From assembly GCA_964036045.1 (NCBI GenBank), contig OZ038378.1, forward strand, positions 165,664,001-165,728,000: 64,000 nucleotides of DNA. The letters run 5' to 3'. The translations under genes were made by a program, and so were the position numbers. The notes beneath the pieces are model-generated. The model worked only from the letters and a program-made list of their open reading frames with translations, searched no databases and was not told the origin of the DNA. Of this stretch, positions 13,166 to 26,100 are shown in pieces (positions within the stretch are counted from its first letter, which is position 1; every line of letters begins with the position of its first letter). This DNA is from Eutreptiella sp. 'Long Island Sound 2002'. Taxonomy: Eukaryota; Protista; Euglenida.

Positions 13166-14661
13166 GGGGACGGTGAGCTAAACTTACGTTTCAGGTGTTA
13201 AAGTTTGGGTTATGTGGCAGCGGGGACTGGCTGCCAACTGACGGCGGTTGGCCGTGAAGCGGTTATCGGAATCAGAGGGAAGCGGTTGGTGGCCACGGAC
13301 CGACGGCTGTCGCCCGTGTGGTGGTCATGGGCGGGGGACTGCCGCTGTGTGAAGCAGGTCCCGCATACGCTCCCACAGGTCCGGCTGGTCAAGAAGCTCG
13401 CCAACTACTTTAACGGCTGCCCTACCCCTGGCCTACCCTTGTGCCAAGCGGCTCCAAAATGCAGGTGGACTCGGGCAACCCACACGACCGGACCCACGCA
13501 AGGCGCCTTAGCCCTGGCGGCCAGAACGGTCGTTGCCCGGCACGGACGGCCCTCCCTTGCGTGCCCCGGAGGTCGATGCCGCACTGCCACGGCCCGCCCA
13601 CAACCGCCCCCTTCTGACATGCAGAAGGCGTTTGTGCACACGTTGGGCTATGTGACAGGCTCTGGCGCCTCCTTGACGTCCGGGGGGGTGGGGGGGATAA
13701 AGGCCAAGTAAGTGTGCCGGTCGTACCTCCGGGTCCTACGTAGTGCTTTGGGGTTTCGGGAGGAAATTGCCGTTGGGGCGGGGGGGTCAAAGCCCGGAGC
13801 TCAATGGCATGCGGTGCAGCTGGGTTCCCCCCGGTTTCCCGCAGCCCTTCCCAAGCCACCGCTGAGTGAAACCCCGGAGAAGGGGGGGGGGGGGTCTTTC
13901 GGGGTCCAGGGGGCCCTAGCCAACCCACCCACCCACCCACCCACCCCTTGACCCACCCACCCAGTCACCCCCCTCCCAAGGGGGGGGGGGGGGTGAGCCC
14001 TTCCCCAAGCCCAAAATGGACATGAACCTTTGCACCCCAGAATCTTGGTTCGCTGTAGTTCGGAGGACCATTGCCGGGCCGTCCGGGACTCGTCCATAGC
14101 ACAGGGGCTGCGACTGGTCCTGGCACCACACTTCCAGACCTGCATTGACATGGGCGGAGGCAGAGTTGTCCTTAAAGGGGGGGGGGGTGGGGGGGTCCGA
14201 GGGGGGGGGGGGGTTTGGGGGGGACCCCCCCCCCCAGGAGACCCTGAGTTGTTAGAGGCGCCAAAGGTGCCGAACAACTTTTTTGTCCTAAACTGACTTA
14301 CGCCGAAGCCGCCAGAAAATTTTTTTGATTGGCCGAAGGACCGGAGACAAATTTGCCTAATCACTTAAGGGGTGGTGGTGGGGGGGGGTCCGAGGGGGGG
14401 GGGGGGGAGTCAGACCCCCCCGCCCCAAGGAGATGAGTTTTTAAGCAAAACTCTGGGCAGAGGACAAGAAATGAAGGGGAAAACAAACAAGAATCGGATG
14501 AGGGTGACGTCCATGAGCCACAGCCAACCATTTGTGTTCCCAAACCCATGGCTGGCCCAAGACCCCCCCCTAAAAGGACCCCCAGGCGGGGGGGGGGGGG
14601 GGGGGTTGCCAAAACTGGAGCCACCCGCCCCCTGTCCTCACGACGCAACGGTCCGGGCCCA

Positions 14662-15579
14662 TCACTTCTCCCCGAAGTGGAACACCCCGTCCCAGCTCGG
14701 CTGCGCCCCCAGCTCCAGCATCTCCGTCTGCTGCCTCAACATCCCCCAGGCCTTGTCCTCCGCCGCCAGCTTGCAGTCCTCCTCCTGCACTTGCTTGCAC
14801 TCGTCCGGCTCCCCGTCCGCCAGAGCGTTGTACGCCGCCTCATACCGCGCCACGTACGCCAGCAGCTCGGCCTTGTCCACCGCGGCCCAGTGGTAGATCA
14901 CCTTCTCGGCCTCTCCGTCGTAGACGCAGAGGGCCCGGTCGGACAGGCACAGCGGCACCGGGACCTCCGCCGTGGCGCAGCCCGGCAGCGGGATCGCCTC
15001 GAACTGGACGGTGGACCGCCGCTTGCGCGTGGGGGACGCGGCCGCGAAGGAGCGGGAGAAGTTGTGCCACGACGCCTTCGTGTGGAGCGGCTCGCTGAAC
15101 GGCCGCATGGGCGTGCCCAGCTCCAGCGCCGCGGAGAACTCCCCCCGTTGCACGGTCGCCACGGAGTCCCGCACCCCCATCCCGGAGGACTCCCGCTTGA
15201 ACACCGAGAAGCCGGAGGGCTGCCGCCGCGCCCCCAAATGGGAAGGGTTGTCCACGGGGCTGCGCGGGACCGGAGGGGGTGCCGGAAGGAGGGGCATGAC
15301 ACGGGAATCGCGCGGTGCCGGGGCCGGGGCCGCCGCCGCCGCCGCGGGCGGCGACGGGGCCATGCCGGGCAGAGAACGCCTCTCCAGGGGGCTGGGCACC
15401 AACGGTCGGGGCGCGGCCGGGGGGGGTGGGGGCTTGGCCGCTGGCGATGGGTCCTCCTGCGGGCCACTGGGCGCGTCCCGTGAGGGCACCGGGACGGAGG
15501 TGCAGCAGCCCCCGAGCCTCTGCACGATCAGCGAGTCCTCGCGTTGGCCGATCCCCACGTTTTCCATTTGGCACAGCAC
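14662..15579 (-). CDS. Cyclase terminal exon: end of catalytic domain, long low-complexity insert, helical tail ending WDGVFHFGEK*
   Basis: Acceptor tccag|GTGCTGTGC; continues PVYE|VLCQ; TGA at 14662-14664; high GC3. Confidence 0.88.
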   Translation of the reverse strand: MLCQMENVGIGQREDSLIVQRLGGCCTSVPVPSRDAPSGPQEDPSPAAKPPPPPAAPRPLVPSPLERRSLPGMAPSPPAAAAAAPAPAPRDSRVMPLLPAPPPVPRSPVDNPSHLGARRQPSGFSVFKRESSGMGVRDSVATVQRGEFSAALELGTPMRPFSEPLHTKASWHNFSRSFAAASPTRKRRSTVQFEAIPLPGCATAEVPVPLCLSDRALCVYDGEAEKVIYHWAAVDKAELLAYVARYEAAYNALADGEPDECKQVQEEDCKLAAEDKAWGMLRQQTEMLELGAQPSWDGVFHFGEK

Positions 15580-15965
15580 CTGGACGGACACAAGACCGCG
15601 CGGAGGGGCGTGGCGCAGCCCACCCCAATGCAACGCACCATAACTCAACGCCCGCCCCCCCCCCCCCGTCCGTCCGTATCTCTGCCTCTCCTTCCCCCCC
15701 TCACTTCGTTCCTTACTTCCTCACCGACCCGCCCACCCGCCCACGCACACCCGCTCACGCACACCCACCGACCCACTCACTCACTCACTGATGTCCCTCG
15801 ACGCCCCCCCCCCCCCCCTCCCTTGTCCTTTTGGGCCACGGTGAGAAGGTGCCCCCAGGGCTGTCCTGAAGGGGGGGGGAAATTGACCTTCGTAACGCCA
15901 CCAGGAAAAGAACGTTCACGGGGACGCTCTCTGCTTCCTGTTCATGGGACCTTCTCTACTTCAAA

Positions 15966-16168
15966 AGTTGGCGGTTGGCGGTTGGCGGGTTCGTGGCGGT
16001 AGGCGGTTGGCGGTGGGCGGCGGTTGGCGGCGGTTGGCGGCGGTTAGTGGTTGGTCGTTGGTGGGGGGTGGGGGTTGACGGTTGGCGGTTGGCGGTCCCT
16101 GGGGGCTGTCCTTAAGGGCTGGCCTTCGCAAAAAAGAACAAAACTGGCTTGTTAAGGACAGCCCTGGG
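15966..16168 (+). repeat. Second (GGCGGTT)n + terminal hairpin copy, intronic
   Basis: GGCGGTT array, then 13-bp inverted arms GGGCTGTCCTTAA...TTAAGGACAGCCC. Same layout as 12846-13165. Confidence 0.75.
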
Positions 16169-16189
16169 TGCCCCAGGAGGCAGAGACAC

Positions 16190-16651
16190 CTCGTACACCG
16201 GCACCACTTCGGTCTTCCCGGGGACGGTCACTTTGGAGAGGAGCCGGAAATGAAAAGAATCCTGGGCTGCCTCGTACGTGGCCTGCGAGACCATGATGTA
16301 CGTCCCAAACTTCTTGTTCAACGCCTCCAGTCGGGAGGCGAGATTCACCGCGTCCCCCAGGCAAGTGTAGCTCACGCGGTGGCTGCAGCCGAAATTCCCA
16401 ACCAGGGCCCCCCCAGTGTGAATGCCGGCACGGAACTTGAGCTCGGGGAGGCCTTTCTGGCGCCACACGCCGAGCCGCTCGTACACGTGGCGCTGCATGG
16501 CCAGCACGGCCCAGATGGCGCTTTTCTCGTGCCCCTCCATCGGCAGCGGCGCGTTCCAGAACGCCATGATGCAGTCCCCGATAAACTTATCGATCGTGCC
16601 GTGGAATCCGATGATCTGGCTGCAGGTCATCTCAAAGTATTCTGTGCACAC
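16190..16651 (-). CDS. Cyclase catalytic-core exon
   Basis: DKFIGDCIMAFWNAP, GIHTGGALVGNFG, YTCLGDAVNLASRLE, VTVPGKTEVVPVYE. Acceptor tttcag|GTG, donor GAG|gtgtct, 154 codons. Confidence 0.95.
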
Positions 16652-18603
16652 CTGAAAAATCAGGACAAAAAGGATCAGGGCAGTCTCCACGTGTAATGTG
16701 CATCAGTGAGGCGCACTGCAGTGGCAGCACGCCCTGCTCACTGCAGGCTGACCACAGGCACTGCAGCATCACATGTGAATCTCCTCCAAGAAGTGTCCAT
16801 CCTAAATTCGTTGTTCCTGCTATGCTGTATCAGCATTCCACCACAGGCACCCATGAAACGGTCATTACTCACATACTGCTGTGACCCGAGTGTTGACGTA
16901 TGCTTCCAGCGCTACATGGTGTTTGTGTATGGGAGTGCTTCTCTTGCAGCATGGTGCGTACCTTGCAGCACAGCGCATAGGTAATGGACCCAGAACAGGG
17001 TTCAACGCAGGACAGCCATTGCAGTCATGCAGGATGTCCTGAGCATTGGGGGGCTTGCGATCAGGCATAGAATGTTGCTTCAAAGCGACCAGCAAAGCCA
17101 TCAAAATAGGAGGGCATATTCCGAAGCAACCGGAAGATTCGCAGCCGTGTAAGATATTCAAGGTAAAATGTGCAAGCCCGTGTAGGCACCGTGCTTGGGA
17201 CCTCAGGGACAAAGGCGTCGGAAAAGATTGTTGGTATTCTGCTCAATCTTTCCCTGGCCCAATCCCCGGCTCACGTAAATGCGCTTCCGTGATTGGCTCA
17301 GGTGATTGGCAAAATTCAGCCCTTTCTCGGTCCACAATTTGCACTGCATTGTCCCAAATGAAGCCAAAATAGTCGCAAGTGTGCAATGACTCACCACCAT
17401 TTAATTTACCACCGGGGCATCATCTGCACACATGACAACACCCCTCCTCCTTTACATTGAGCAAGAATGAGCGCCATGTCCAGGCACTTTTCGAACATTG
17501 CGGGCCATATCATGGCTCCGAAGTGGTGGCCATGGTGGGCCCTACACAGACAATTTGATGCACTGCGCCCCACGAACACCATTAACTTGCCTTGAACATG
17601 CTTTGTGACATCGTTTGTTCTACTGTCAACGGCGCCAGTGCCTTACATATCTCAGCGTTGCAGGAGGGACCAATGTGAGACATTGCTGTGCGGCTGTGCG
17701 ACCTGAGTAATGGCAACGAAGTCTTGTGCCCTGAAAGACCACATGTTGGGGAACAAGGTGAGGCAACATAACAATGGTCATAAACGAAGGAGCATTCGGC
17801 CTGGCGGGGCACGCCTCGGCCTCAATCAGGGGAACGACACTTTGCGCTATATGGCAGTCATGCATGTCAAGAAATTGGACAAGAAGGGTTGGGATTGAGC
17901 AGAAGGAGTCAGCAACGAATGGATGACACTCCGTTTTCACTGGCTAGAGAGTTCTCAAAATGTCAAGGAGGTACTGGGTGGGTTCGCATGCAAGCATGCC
18001 GAAGCATGCCGAAGCATGGCGGGGCGTGCCTATGCATGGCGCAGCATGCTGAAATGGCTGGAGTGACCATTGGTGCCTGGAAGTCATGTTCTTTTCGAAA
18101 CCAGGTTTTCCCACGGTAGTGGCTATTTGCCCATTTCCCTTTCTGCACAAAAAGCATGTAGTTGGGATGTGCAACACCCACAAACAGTCACAAAGCCGAG
18201 CAAAGTTCAGCCCAGCATGTCAGGACATGTGTCGTCCAGTGGGCCCTTTACTTGCCTATGAATCGTGCTCTGATATCGATGATTTGGCACATGTAATAAG
18301 TTGCCATGTCAAGGCATGCTCCCGGCCAGGACTTGACCCCTAGGGGTATCCAATAATTTCAGGGGTTGTAGAGGGGGGGGGGCTTCGTTGACCCAAACCC
18401 AGGGGGTCGGCGGGTCGGGCGGTCAGCCACCGGGGTCCCCAGGGGGCCATCCAATACCGTCAGGTGACCGCCAACCGCCGTCGCTGAGACGCCAACCGTC
18501 GTCGGTCAATCACAATTCAGCCACCAGAACCGCCTTAGTCAAAAAGGAACAGCAATACTCATGGCCCTGGGGAAGTCGTACCCTTTTCCGCAGCACCCCA
18601 TAC

Positions 18604-18987
18604 CTCCGCGAGCTGCTCGCAGGAGATGCGCTCCGAGAGCACCGAGAAGCCGATGATGTCAGAGAAGAGGATGGTCAAGGTCTGGTGCGACATTGTGTCG
18701 GTCTGCATCGACCCAGTGAGGAGGACCTTCACCACGTGCAGCGGCACAAACTTGCTGAATGCCTGCAGGCCCCGCTCCATCATCATGAATGAGCGCTGGA
18801 AGCGGGACAGCTCATGCACCCACTGTTTGAAGTGAGGCCCGCTGTCGAACTCAAGGGCAGCCACCCTGTCAATCTTGTGAATGAGACTCACGATCTTGCG
18901 ATTCAGCCAGAAGCCCATGATTATGGGCGCAACAATGCTGAGCAGCACCACAACACCAATGGTCCCATACGTCACCCAGACGTTCTC
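18604..18987 (-). CDS. Cyclase exon: TM2, HAMP and start of catalytic domain
   Basis: VWVTYGTIGVVVLLSIVAPIIMGFWL (TM), ELSRFQRSFMMMERGLQAFSKFVP (HAMP end) and TILFSDIIGFS (first catalytic Asp). Acceptor aaacag|GAG, donor GAG|gtatgg. Confidence 0.9.
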
Positions 18988-21145
18988 CTGTTTGAGGATC
19001 GCAGAGAGCTGATTGCCTAACCCAACTCGCTCAACCCAATCCACACCAACCCAACCCTCTCCCCATATCCCTGCTCTGCATCCCTCCCTCCCCCTCCCCC
19101 CTCCATCTCCTTTCCCCACGTCCTCCTGTGGAGGGATACTGAGGCTGGCAGAACATTGGTCCCTGACTACCGCTCATGTTTTCACGCTGTTGCCACAGCA
19201 TTACAGCATAGGTGTTGACACATTGGATTCTGTTTGAGGTGCTGGATAAGCTGCCTGAGCTGCTGCACTGTGCTGAGGCACTTTGGATGACTGATGCATT
19301 CTCCTGCGGAAGCGAAATTCGAGGGTTGTGGATGGAGAGTTGTAGAAGGGATAGTAAGTTCTAAGTTTTGACGGGGGGCATGCATGTAGAGTCAACTTCA
19401 GGCTTGACGTCAAGAGCACCATGTTCAGCGTCACTGTCACAGGAGAAACCCTAGTTCCGCATGTGGGTCATGATTCTAGATTCTCAAGACAAAACTTACT
19501 TTTACACCAAACTGATGTCAGAAAAGGTCCATTCTAGACTGCTGCAGATATGTAGGTACACGCAGTTTTTTAGAATTGCTTAAAATTCAGCATCTCCAAT
19601 TCTATTGCCCTCGGCAAGACCACCTCGCGGAGAATATGCCAGAGGCAATGAACTCCCAAACGGCTGAGGTTGCAATCATCCACCAGGTCCATCAGCATCA
19701 TCCACCATACCAAGAAAAACGTCATTCTATTGCCTCTGGCAAGGCACCTCGAAGAGAGACACTACAGACCAATGATGTTGGAAACTTGGCTAAGTCCTCA
19801 CTGGTGGGGCCCTATAGGGGAGCCGATCTTGGAAAATTGAAGATAGCACCCCACAGTGCTATCTTTTTTTTTGCCCACCACTCACGGGCCCAAATCATCG
19901 CTCTTGGGGGCCAATAAGCACCACTAGGAGGGCCTAGTTGGTGCTACACGGGCCATATAGAAGAAAAGGTGGAATGGGACATCAATGCACAGTGGCGGCT
20001 ACAAGCTGGCCAACTTTTGACCCCCCCCAACCCACCCCATCCCCACCCCACCCCACCCCGACCCCCGCCCCGAAAAATGGGACCCGGATGCAAGCGGGGG
20101 GGGGGGTTGAAAATTTCATCGGGGGACCAATTTGTCTCCCAAAGTGATGATTTTGCAAAGGCTTCGACATCCAATATCACACCTCGGGGTATGCTAAGCG
20201 AATGACCCCAAAACAAAGGGGTATATGGCGCCTGCACATGTGCTTGATCTAACAACCTCTCTTCCACATAATTTTTACACCAAACTAACGTCAACACAGG
20301 GAAAGGTATTGGTTCAGATTAAGCATCTGCCATTTAGCAGTCATCCATTATCATCATGCATCGGTCCAATCCCAAATGAGGGTCATGGTGTTAGAGTCTC
20401 AAAGCAAAACTCACTTTCACATCAAATGACGGTAGGTAGGATAGTGCGGGTGGGGGGGTTGGCAGTCTTTCCAATGTACCCCACAGGCCTGGCCTTGCCA
20501 TCGTTCCCATGATGCTTTTGGGGGCAACAAATCCCATTGATTGAGCTACACAACTCCCCATGGGTTTTATACATACTCCCATTGTCACCAAATGATCACC
20601 CAACAGCAGCCCAAGGGTCCCTCCGCGTTGTCGGAGGTGCCCAGAAATGGCGATGTTTCAGCCAACCCATTCTCATCCATATGGGGGCTGATCTGTGAAA
20701 CTTGGAGATAGCACCCGGGACCCGTCATTGGTGAGGGGGTCCAAAAAGAAGAAAAAAGTGGAGTGGGACCAGGGTCTGAATCGACGCACAGTGGCGGCTA
20801 TAGGCCAACCAAGTTTCGCCTACTATAGTGCAAGGAAGCCCAAAACAACGCCTTTGGGGGCCAATAGGCCCCACTAAGAGGGCCTAGTTGGTGCTACATG
20901 GCTCCCCATGGGCTTGTACATACTCCCACTGTCACCAAATGATCACCCAACTACGACCCAAGTGTCCTAGAAGACCGTCAAGCGTCACCGGAGAAAGTGC
21001 ATTTTTCAGCCAATGCATGTCGGCCATTTTTAGTGGAAAGGGTCCTTTCGCATCTTTCACACGGGCCATGACTGGCCCTAGGCAAGGTTAGAGGCTGCAG
21101 AAAACGTCCCTTTGTCTCCTAGTATGTGTACAACATCCCCAGTTG

Positions 21146-21520
21146 CACCCCTCAGAGTGGGTACCATGGAGTCACTAAGGTCACCACAAATGCCGAAATA
21201 GCAAAAGTGGCTGAAAACTGCATGAATTGCATAAACTGCGCTCGTCGCACTCAGCCCACAAAAACCCTATGGAGTCGGGACCCAAAAACACTCTTTTGGC
21301 TCAAAATTAAAAAACCAAAATATTCGTGATTTTTTGACTCAAAAAAAAAACAGGAGTCACGTTTTGACACCCCGCCCCCCAAAAAACTGGCTTTCAAGTT
21401 GGGGGGTCCAGGGGGATCCCAACCAACAACTCATTCGAGGATGCGTTTCTTGGACAAAATAATGATTTACAAGGAGTCACCCTAACTTCACACCCAAAAC
21501 CCCCACCATTGGTTAGGCGG
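21146..21520 (+). repeat. Dispersed repeat family; reverse-oriented homologues at ~23690-24010 and ~62355-62800
   Basis: Shared blocks such as CCCCTCAGAGTG(G/A)GTACCA and GGACAAAA..ATGATTTTACAAGG. Confidence 0.65.
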
Positions 21521-22622
21521 TCCTTGTATAAGACAAAAGATATTCAGGACCTGGGTCTAAATTGACACGCAGCGGCCACAATATCCCCCCCCCCCCCATG
21601 ACACCCCCCCAAATGGTCCCCAGGTCCAGGGGGGTGGAGGGGCCGAAATCGAAAAATTCCTTGGGGGACCAGAATGTCTCCCAAAAATGATGATTTTACA
21701 AGGGTTTAGAAATCCGATCAGGGCTCCTTTGGGGGGGGGGGGGCGTGAGTCCAGCGGGGTGGGTGGGTGGGTCTGCCCCCCCCCCCCCCTCCCGGGTTGC
21801 CGAGTTTTTAGAGGTGCTGAAATGAATTTTTGGTGAAATCGTGAGACCCAACATGAAAAAACAGATCGCATCCCATGTGTGATGTAACAAACTGGCCAAG
21901 CCAAGAATTGAACCCAGGGTGACATGTCCCGAATTTAGGTGGTGAACTGCATTACCATCTGCTGTCACTGCTGCACTGCGATCAAGTACTGTGTAGAGCC
22001 TGACGTTCGACCTGCCAGTGCAACTGTCAACTAAGAAAACTGTGATTGTCCCTGCCGCATCGTGTCCAGTTTCTGTGAACCATGGAAGGGAAGTGTCAGG
22101 CAGGTACAGGGACCCAAAATACAATGAACAAAGAGAGGTAACAACGGCAGACCAAGCAATGCAGTACAGAGTACAAGGACGGCGACTACAGGGATCAACT
22201 ACACTGAAGGCGCCCAGGGAAAATTTTGGCCCAATCTTTTAAGGAAGGGGGGGGGGGTCTATGGTGGCTGGGTGGGTGGTATGGGACCCGGGACCCCCCG
22301 CCCCTGGGGTGCCGAGTTGTTAAAAGGTGCCCTGCATCCGATATCACCCATTGAGTTGCTCAGCAAATGACTGCAAAAAAGGGGGGGTATATGGTGCCTG
22401 CGCGTGCGCTTGATCTAACAACCTCTCTTCGAGGTGATTTCACAAGGGGAAAATGTCACCACCTTCCTTAAGGATGAAAATTTCCGACAAAATTCCCCCT
22501 ACCCCCCCCCCCCCTGTGGCTTAGGGTCACCATGTGCAGGGTGCCACGAGGGGGTCATGAGGTTACAGGTGTCGAGCAGCGGCGAGGGCTGCGAACTGCT
22601 GTGCAAGGATGTTGAGGGGCAC

Positions 22623-23141
22623 CTGGATCTCTCTCGCAATCTGGTGATTGTCCCGGGTGATGTTCCGCAGCTCACTTTCCCGGTGCTTCAGCACTACGAC
22701 AGTGGCATTGGACATTGTGTGGCCAATCGACACCCAATAACTGGACGTGTTCAATTCCATCTCGAAATCGCCTGCTGGCACGCCCGGGAGGCTGCCGAAC
22801 CTGCGCAGCAGCACGCGACACGCATGGGAGATGACAGGGTCAGTGGAATCGACGCAGCTGAATCCGTGCGAGAAGCGCTCCGGTGGTGGTGGCTGAGGAG
22901 GCTGGGCCAAGGGGGTAGTATCGCAATGTGCATGCTCCTGGTGGCTGTGGAACTTGCCATGCGAGGCCGCAATCATGTGGCTGTGGGGCTCGCGGAAGAA
23001 CACAAAGGCTCGATCCAGGGACGAGGCTTCGTGCAGCCCCCGCCGTAGCTCGCTGCTGATATCCTGCACGCTCAGAGCAATGGTGACGTGGAAGTATGTA
23101 TTGTTCTGGCAGGCCAACCAATGGCGCAGACGCAGCTCAAC
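22623..23141 (-). CDS. Cyclase exon: distal extracellular Cache-like domain
   Basis: 173 codons, VELRLRHW...AFVFFREPHSHMIAASHG...VVVLKHRESELRNITRDNHQIAREIQ. Acceptor gcacag|GTT, donor CAG|gtgccc, joins ENVWVT before TM2. Confidence 0.82.
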
Positions 23142-26100
23142 CTGTGCACAGTGGGGATGGGGAGGAGATCAGGCAGAGGGGGGGGGGAGGCAAGGCAGAC
23201 CCAAAATAAAAGGTGGGGTGACTACAGGGCACAGCGCTCTCAAACCCCCGGACTTGTTTCACGAGGCACACAGGGGGGGGGGGGGCAGGGGGCACATGCA
23301 AGGTGCACAGGAGGGCAGATTGGGGCATAGAAAGCGCACACGGGGGCATCTTGGCAAACAGGGCACAATCTGGTGAAACACTCATGCAGACATAGACACA
23401 CCACCAACCCGCCATTCTACGCGTAATCAACTCCCATTTTGCGCTAATTCATCTGCTCATTGATTTTCAGGGGCTTGACAGTCACCCATCATATCTGAGT
23501 GGACCATGCCACTCACACCGCATTTGCTATCCTCGGTTACTGATACGCCACAACTCTGGGGCCACTTGGTGGTGCATTGCTCAAGGCAAGTCCTCCGCGA
23601 GGTGGACTGGCCAATGGCAATAGAATCACCTTGCAAAAATTGTTAGACCAAAACCACGCAGACCTGCATATTTGGGAAAACACTGCATACCCCCCTCTTT
23701 TGGCCTTTTGGGGGCCATTCGGACACCCTACCCCAAGGGGTTGTTGCATTGGTGGTTTAAGCCCTTGTAAAATTGTCATTTTGTCCTGAACACATCCCCC
23801 AATTCATTTTTGGTTGAGGACCCCCCTAAACCGCATTCCTGAAATTCTTTTTTGGGGGGCGGGGGTCAACAATGTCAAAAAAAGCCCCCACCCCCCTTTT
23901 TTGGTTGAAAATGAGAAATATTTTTAGGTTTTTTCCATTTTGAGCTGAAAAGGTGCTGTCAGGTCCCGACACCATAGGGTATGGCTAGGCGCAGCAGGAC
24001 GAGCACTTGGGCCACGCTTGGGTGGTCATTTTGTGACAATGGGAGTACCTCTAAAGCCATGCGAGCCATGTAGCACGAAATAGGTCCTCCTAGTGGTGCT
24101 TCTTGGCCACCAAAAGGTGGTTGATGGGCCTGGTCCTTGGGTACGAAGACCCCAGGCTAGACTACCACCATTATGCTTTCCCCATATTGGGATGCCCAAA
24201 TGTTGGGGCCCCACGACAACATGGAATCTCTCGCTATGTTATTCTTCTCTACAATGGGTATGCATGGACTGCACGGGTTATGTAGCCGTTTTGATTCGCC
24301 ATCTTGGCGACCTTGAGATTCTATGGGTCAGGTAACCCCTTTATTTCAAACATGAATAACATGTCGATAGAAACCATGATGTCTTGGGCTCCCGGCATAT
24401 GGGCATGAACATATGAACATGGCTGCATCAGCCTGCTGTATTGGGCCTCTAGAAGGAATGAACATGGCTACATATCCACCACTGTCTTGAGGTCCCCAAC
24501 ATGGGAAGACCAAAATGACTACATCAACCATGTTGTCTTGGGGTCCCCAAGAAGCGTGCATCAAAGTGGCTATGTTACCCCTACCATCTCGGCATCCCTG
24601 GCGTGGGGGACTCCAGCAGGCTGCCTCGGTTGTCCGTGGTTTGGAGGTCCCCAAGGTTATTCAAATACAGTGGGTATGTAACCTGTACAGTCTCACCATC
24701 AATAACGGGGAGCAATTACAATGGCTCAGGCGGCTTAGGCCGCAGTCATGTTGAAACCCCAAGAGCGTTCCAAGCCATAGTGCAAAAACGAACATTCTAA
24801 ACTTCCATTTTGCGTGCTGTATTTTTTTTGTGACTGTGATTATGGATTGTGGGTATTTCAGACCTCTGAATGACAAAAACCCCAGGTGCCCCCAGCTACA
24901 ACGTAGCACCCACTGAAAGCCTCTTCGCTGCAAAAAGAAGCCCCATGCACCATGCACCATGAATGGGGTGAGAACCCATGCAAGCAGTCAGCCCACATAT
25001 TCGGACTAGTAACAAACATATTTTGTATAGTGCCTTGTCTTGCCGATTCTGGCGCTTCAGATGATATCTAGGTCATGCTCTGAACCTTTTTAGGCACTCA
25101 CAAAAAAATGTGTGTTCAGATCAAAAACAAACGAAGTTTGTAGTCTTACTCAAAGTGTTGTTTCAAATGACAAGACAATCTTGCTGGCACATGGACTCCA
25201 CGGCAAAGATAAGCAAAGTGGCTACAGAACCCTTGCTGAATTGGGAAAGGAGCAAAGGTGGCTGCATTTCCCCTGCTTGCCTCAACATGTCTGCCCAGTG
25301 CTACCTTATGTCTTCAAAAGGCTGTGACAGCGAAAACCTGTCTGTGTGGCCCCCACCGACCCTCAACCACCAAATACACCCAATACCACCAGCGACTTCT
25401 GATGTGAAGAATCGTGTTGGGAAAGGGCGTTGTTGGTGCAAACATTTTGCACCAAAAGTTGCAAAGATGCAAGGGGAGGGCAATTGCGCTCGGGGAGAAT
25501 TTCTAAGTTGGCGAACTCTTCGCTGGTAAGAAAACTGGCGAAACTTCCTGCTGGCAAAATTCTGTGGATTGGGCCCCGTACAGGTGATACATTTGAAGGT
25601 TTGGCCTTGGGGGGGTGGGGGACGGGGCACTTACGAGGTCATATGGGCAACGACAAGGCCTGGACTGGAGCCAAGTGGCCTGTTTCAGGGCTATCAGGCT
25701 TTGGGAGCTGTATCCGGCACTGCTCGCAAGGTGAACCTCATGGCACGACCGGGCTGGCCACCACACTCACCAGGTATCGTCAGACCTGCAATCATGGGGG
25801 CATATGCCGTTGGAGCCCGCCTGATGCAGGGGCGAACCATGCAGGCGCCCAAAGGGGAAGGGAGGAGAAGGCGTCTGGAAGGGCGGTTCTTGTGCCATCG
25901 GCTTTTCGTTTCCCCCGTGGTCTCCAACTTTTCGAACGTGTGCTGTTCACCAATTTGATCCACAGATAATGAGGTCTTTGACTTCCCAGACCAGTTCTGT
26001 TTTCTCCTGTTTTTTCCTGCTCTTTGGATCAGGAAACTAAGTGTTATAAGGATCACAGAAGAGAACATGGTCTGTGAGTCGACCAAGACGGGCCATTACT

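Noticed and set aside
12848-13176. GGWRL-repeat proteins; telomeric repeat
   Set aside because: Simple-repeat translations; the unit GGCGGTT is not TTAGGG and is interstitial.
16190-16651. Trypanosomatid ESAG4/GRESAG-type or photoactivated (PAC) cyclase
   Set aside because: Motifs are bacterial-type (AFWNAP, YTCLGD, WDGV tail) and no BLUF domain is seen, so no gene symbol is assigned.
18988-19016. Alternative acceptor at 19016 and a possible exon at ~19350-19435
   Set aside because: Phase 1, incompatible with the phase-0 donor at 22623. The 18987 acceptor gives a seamless REIQ|ENVW join.
25640-25790. Extra cyclase exon (strong GTAAGT/GTGAGT donors)
   Set aside because: All frames from the nearby acceptor hit stops, and the protein reads continuously without it.
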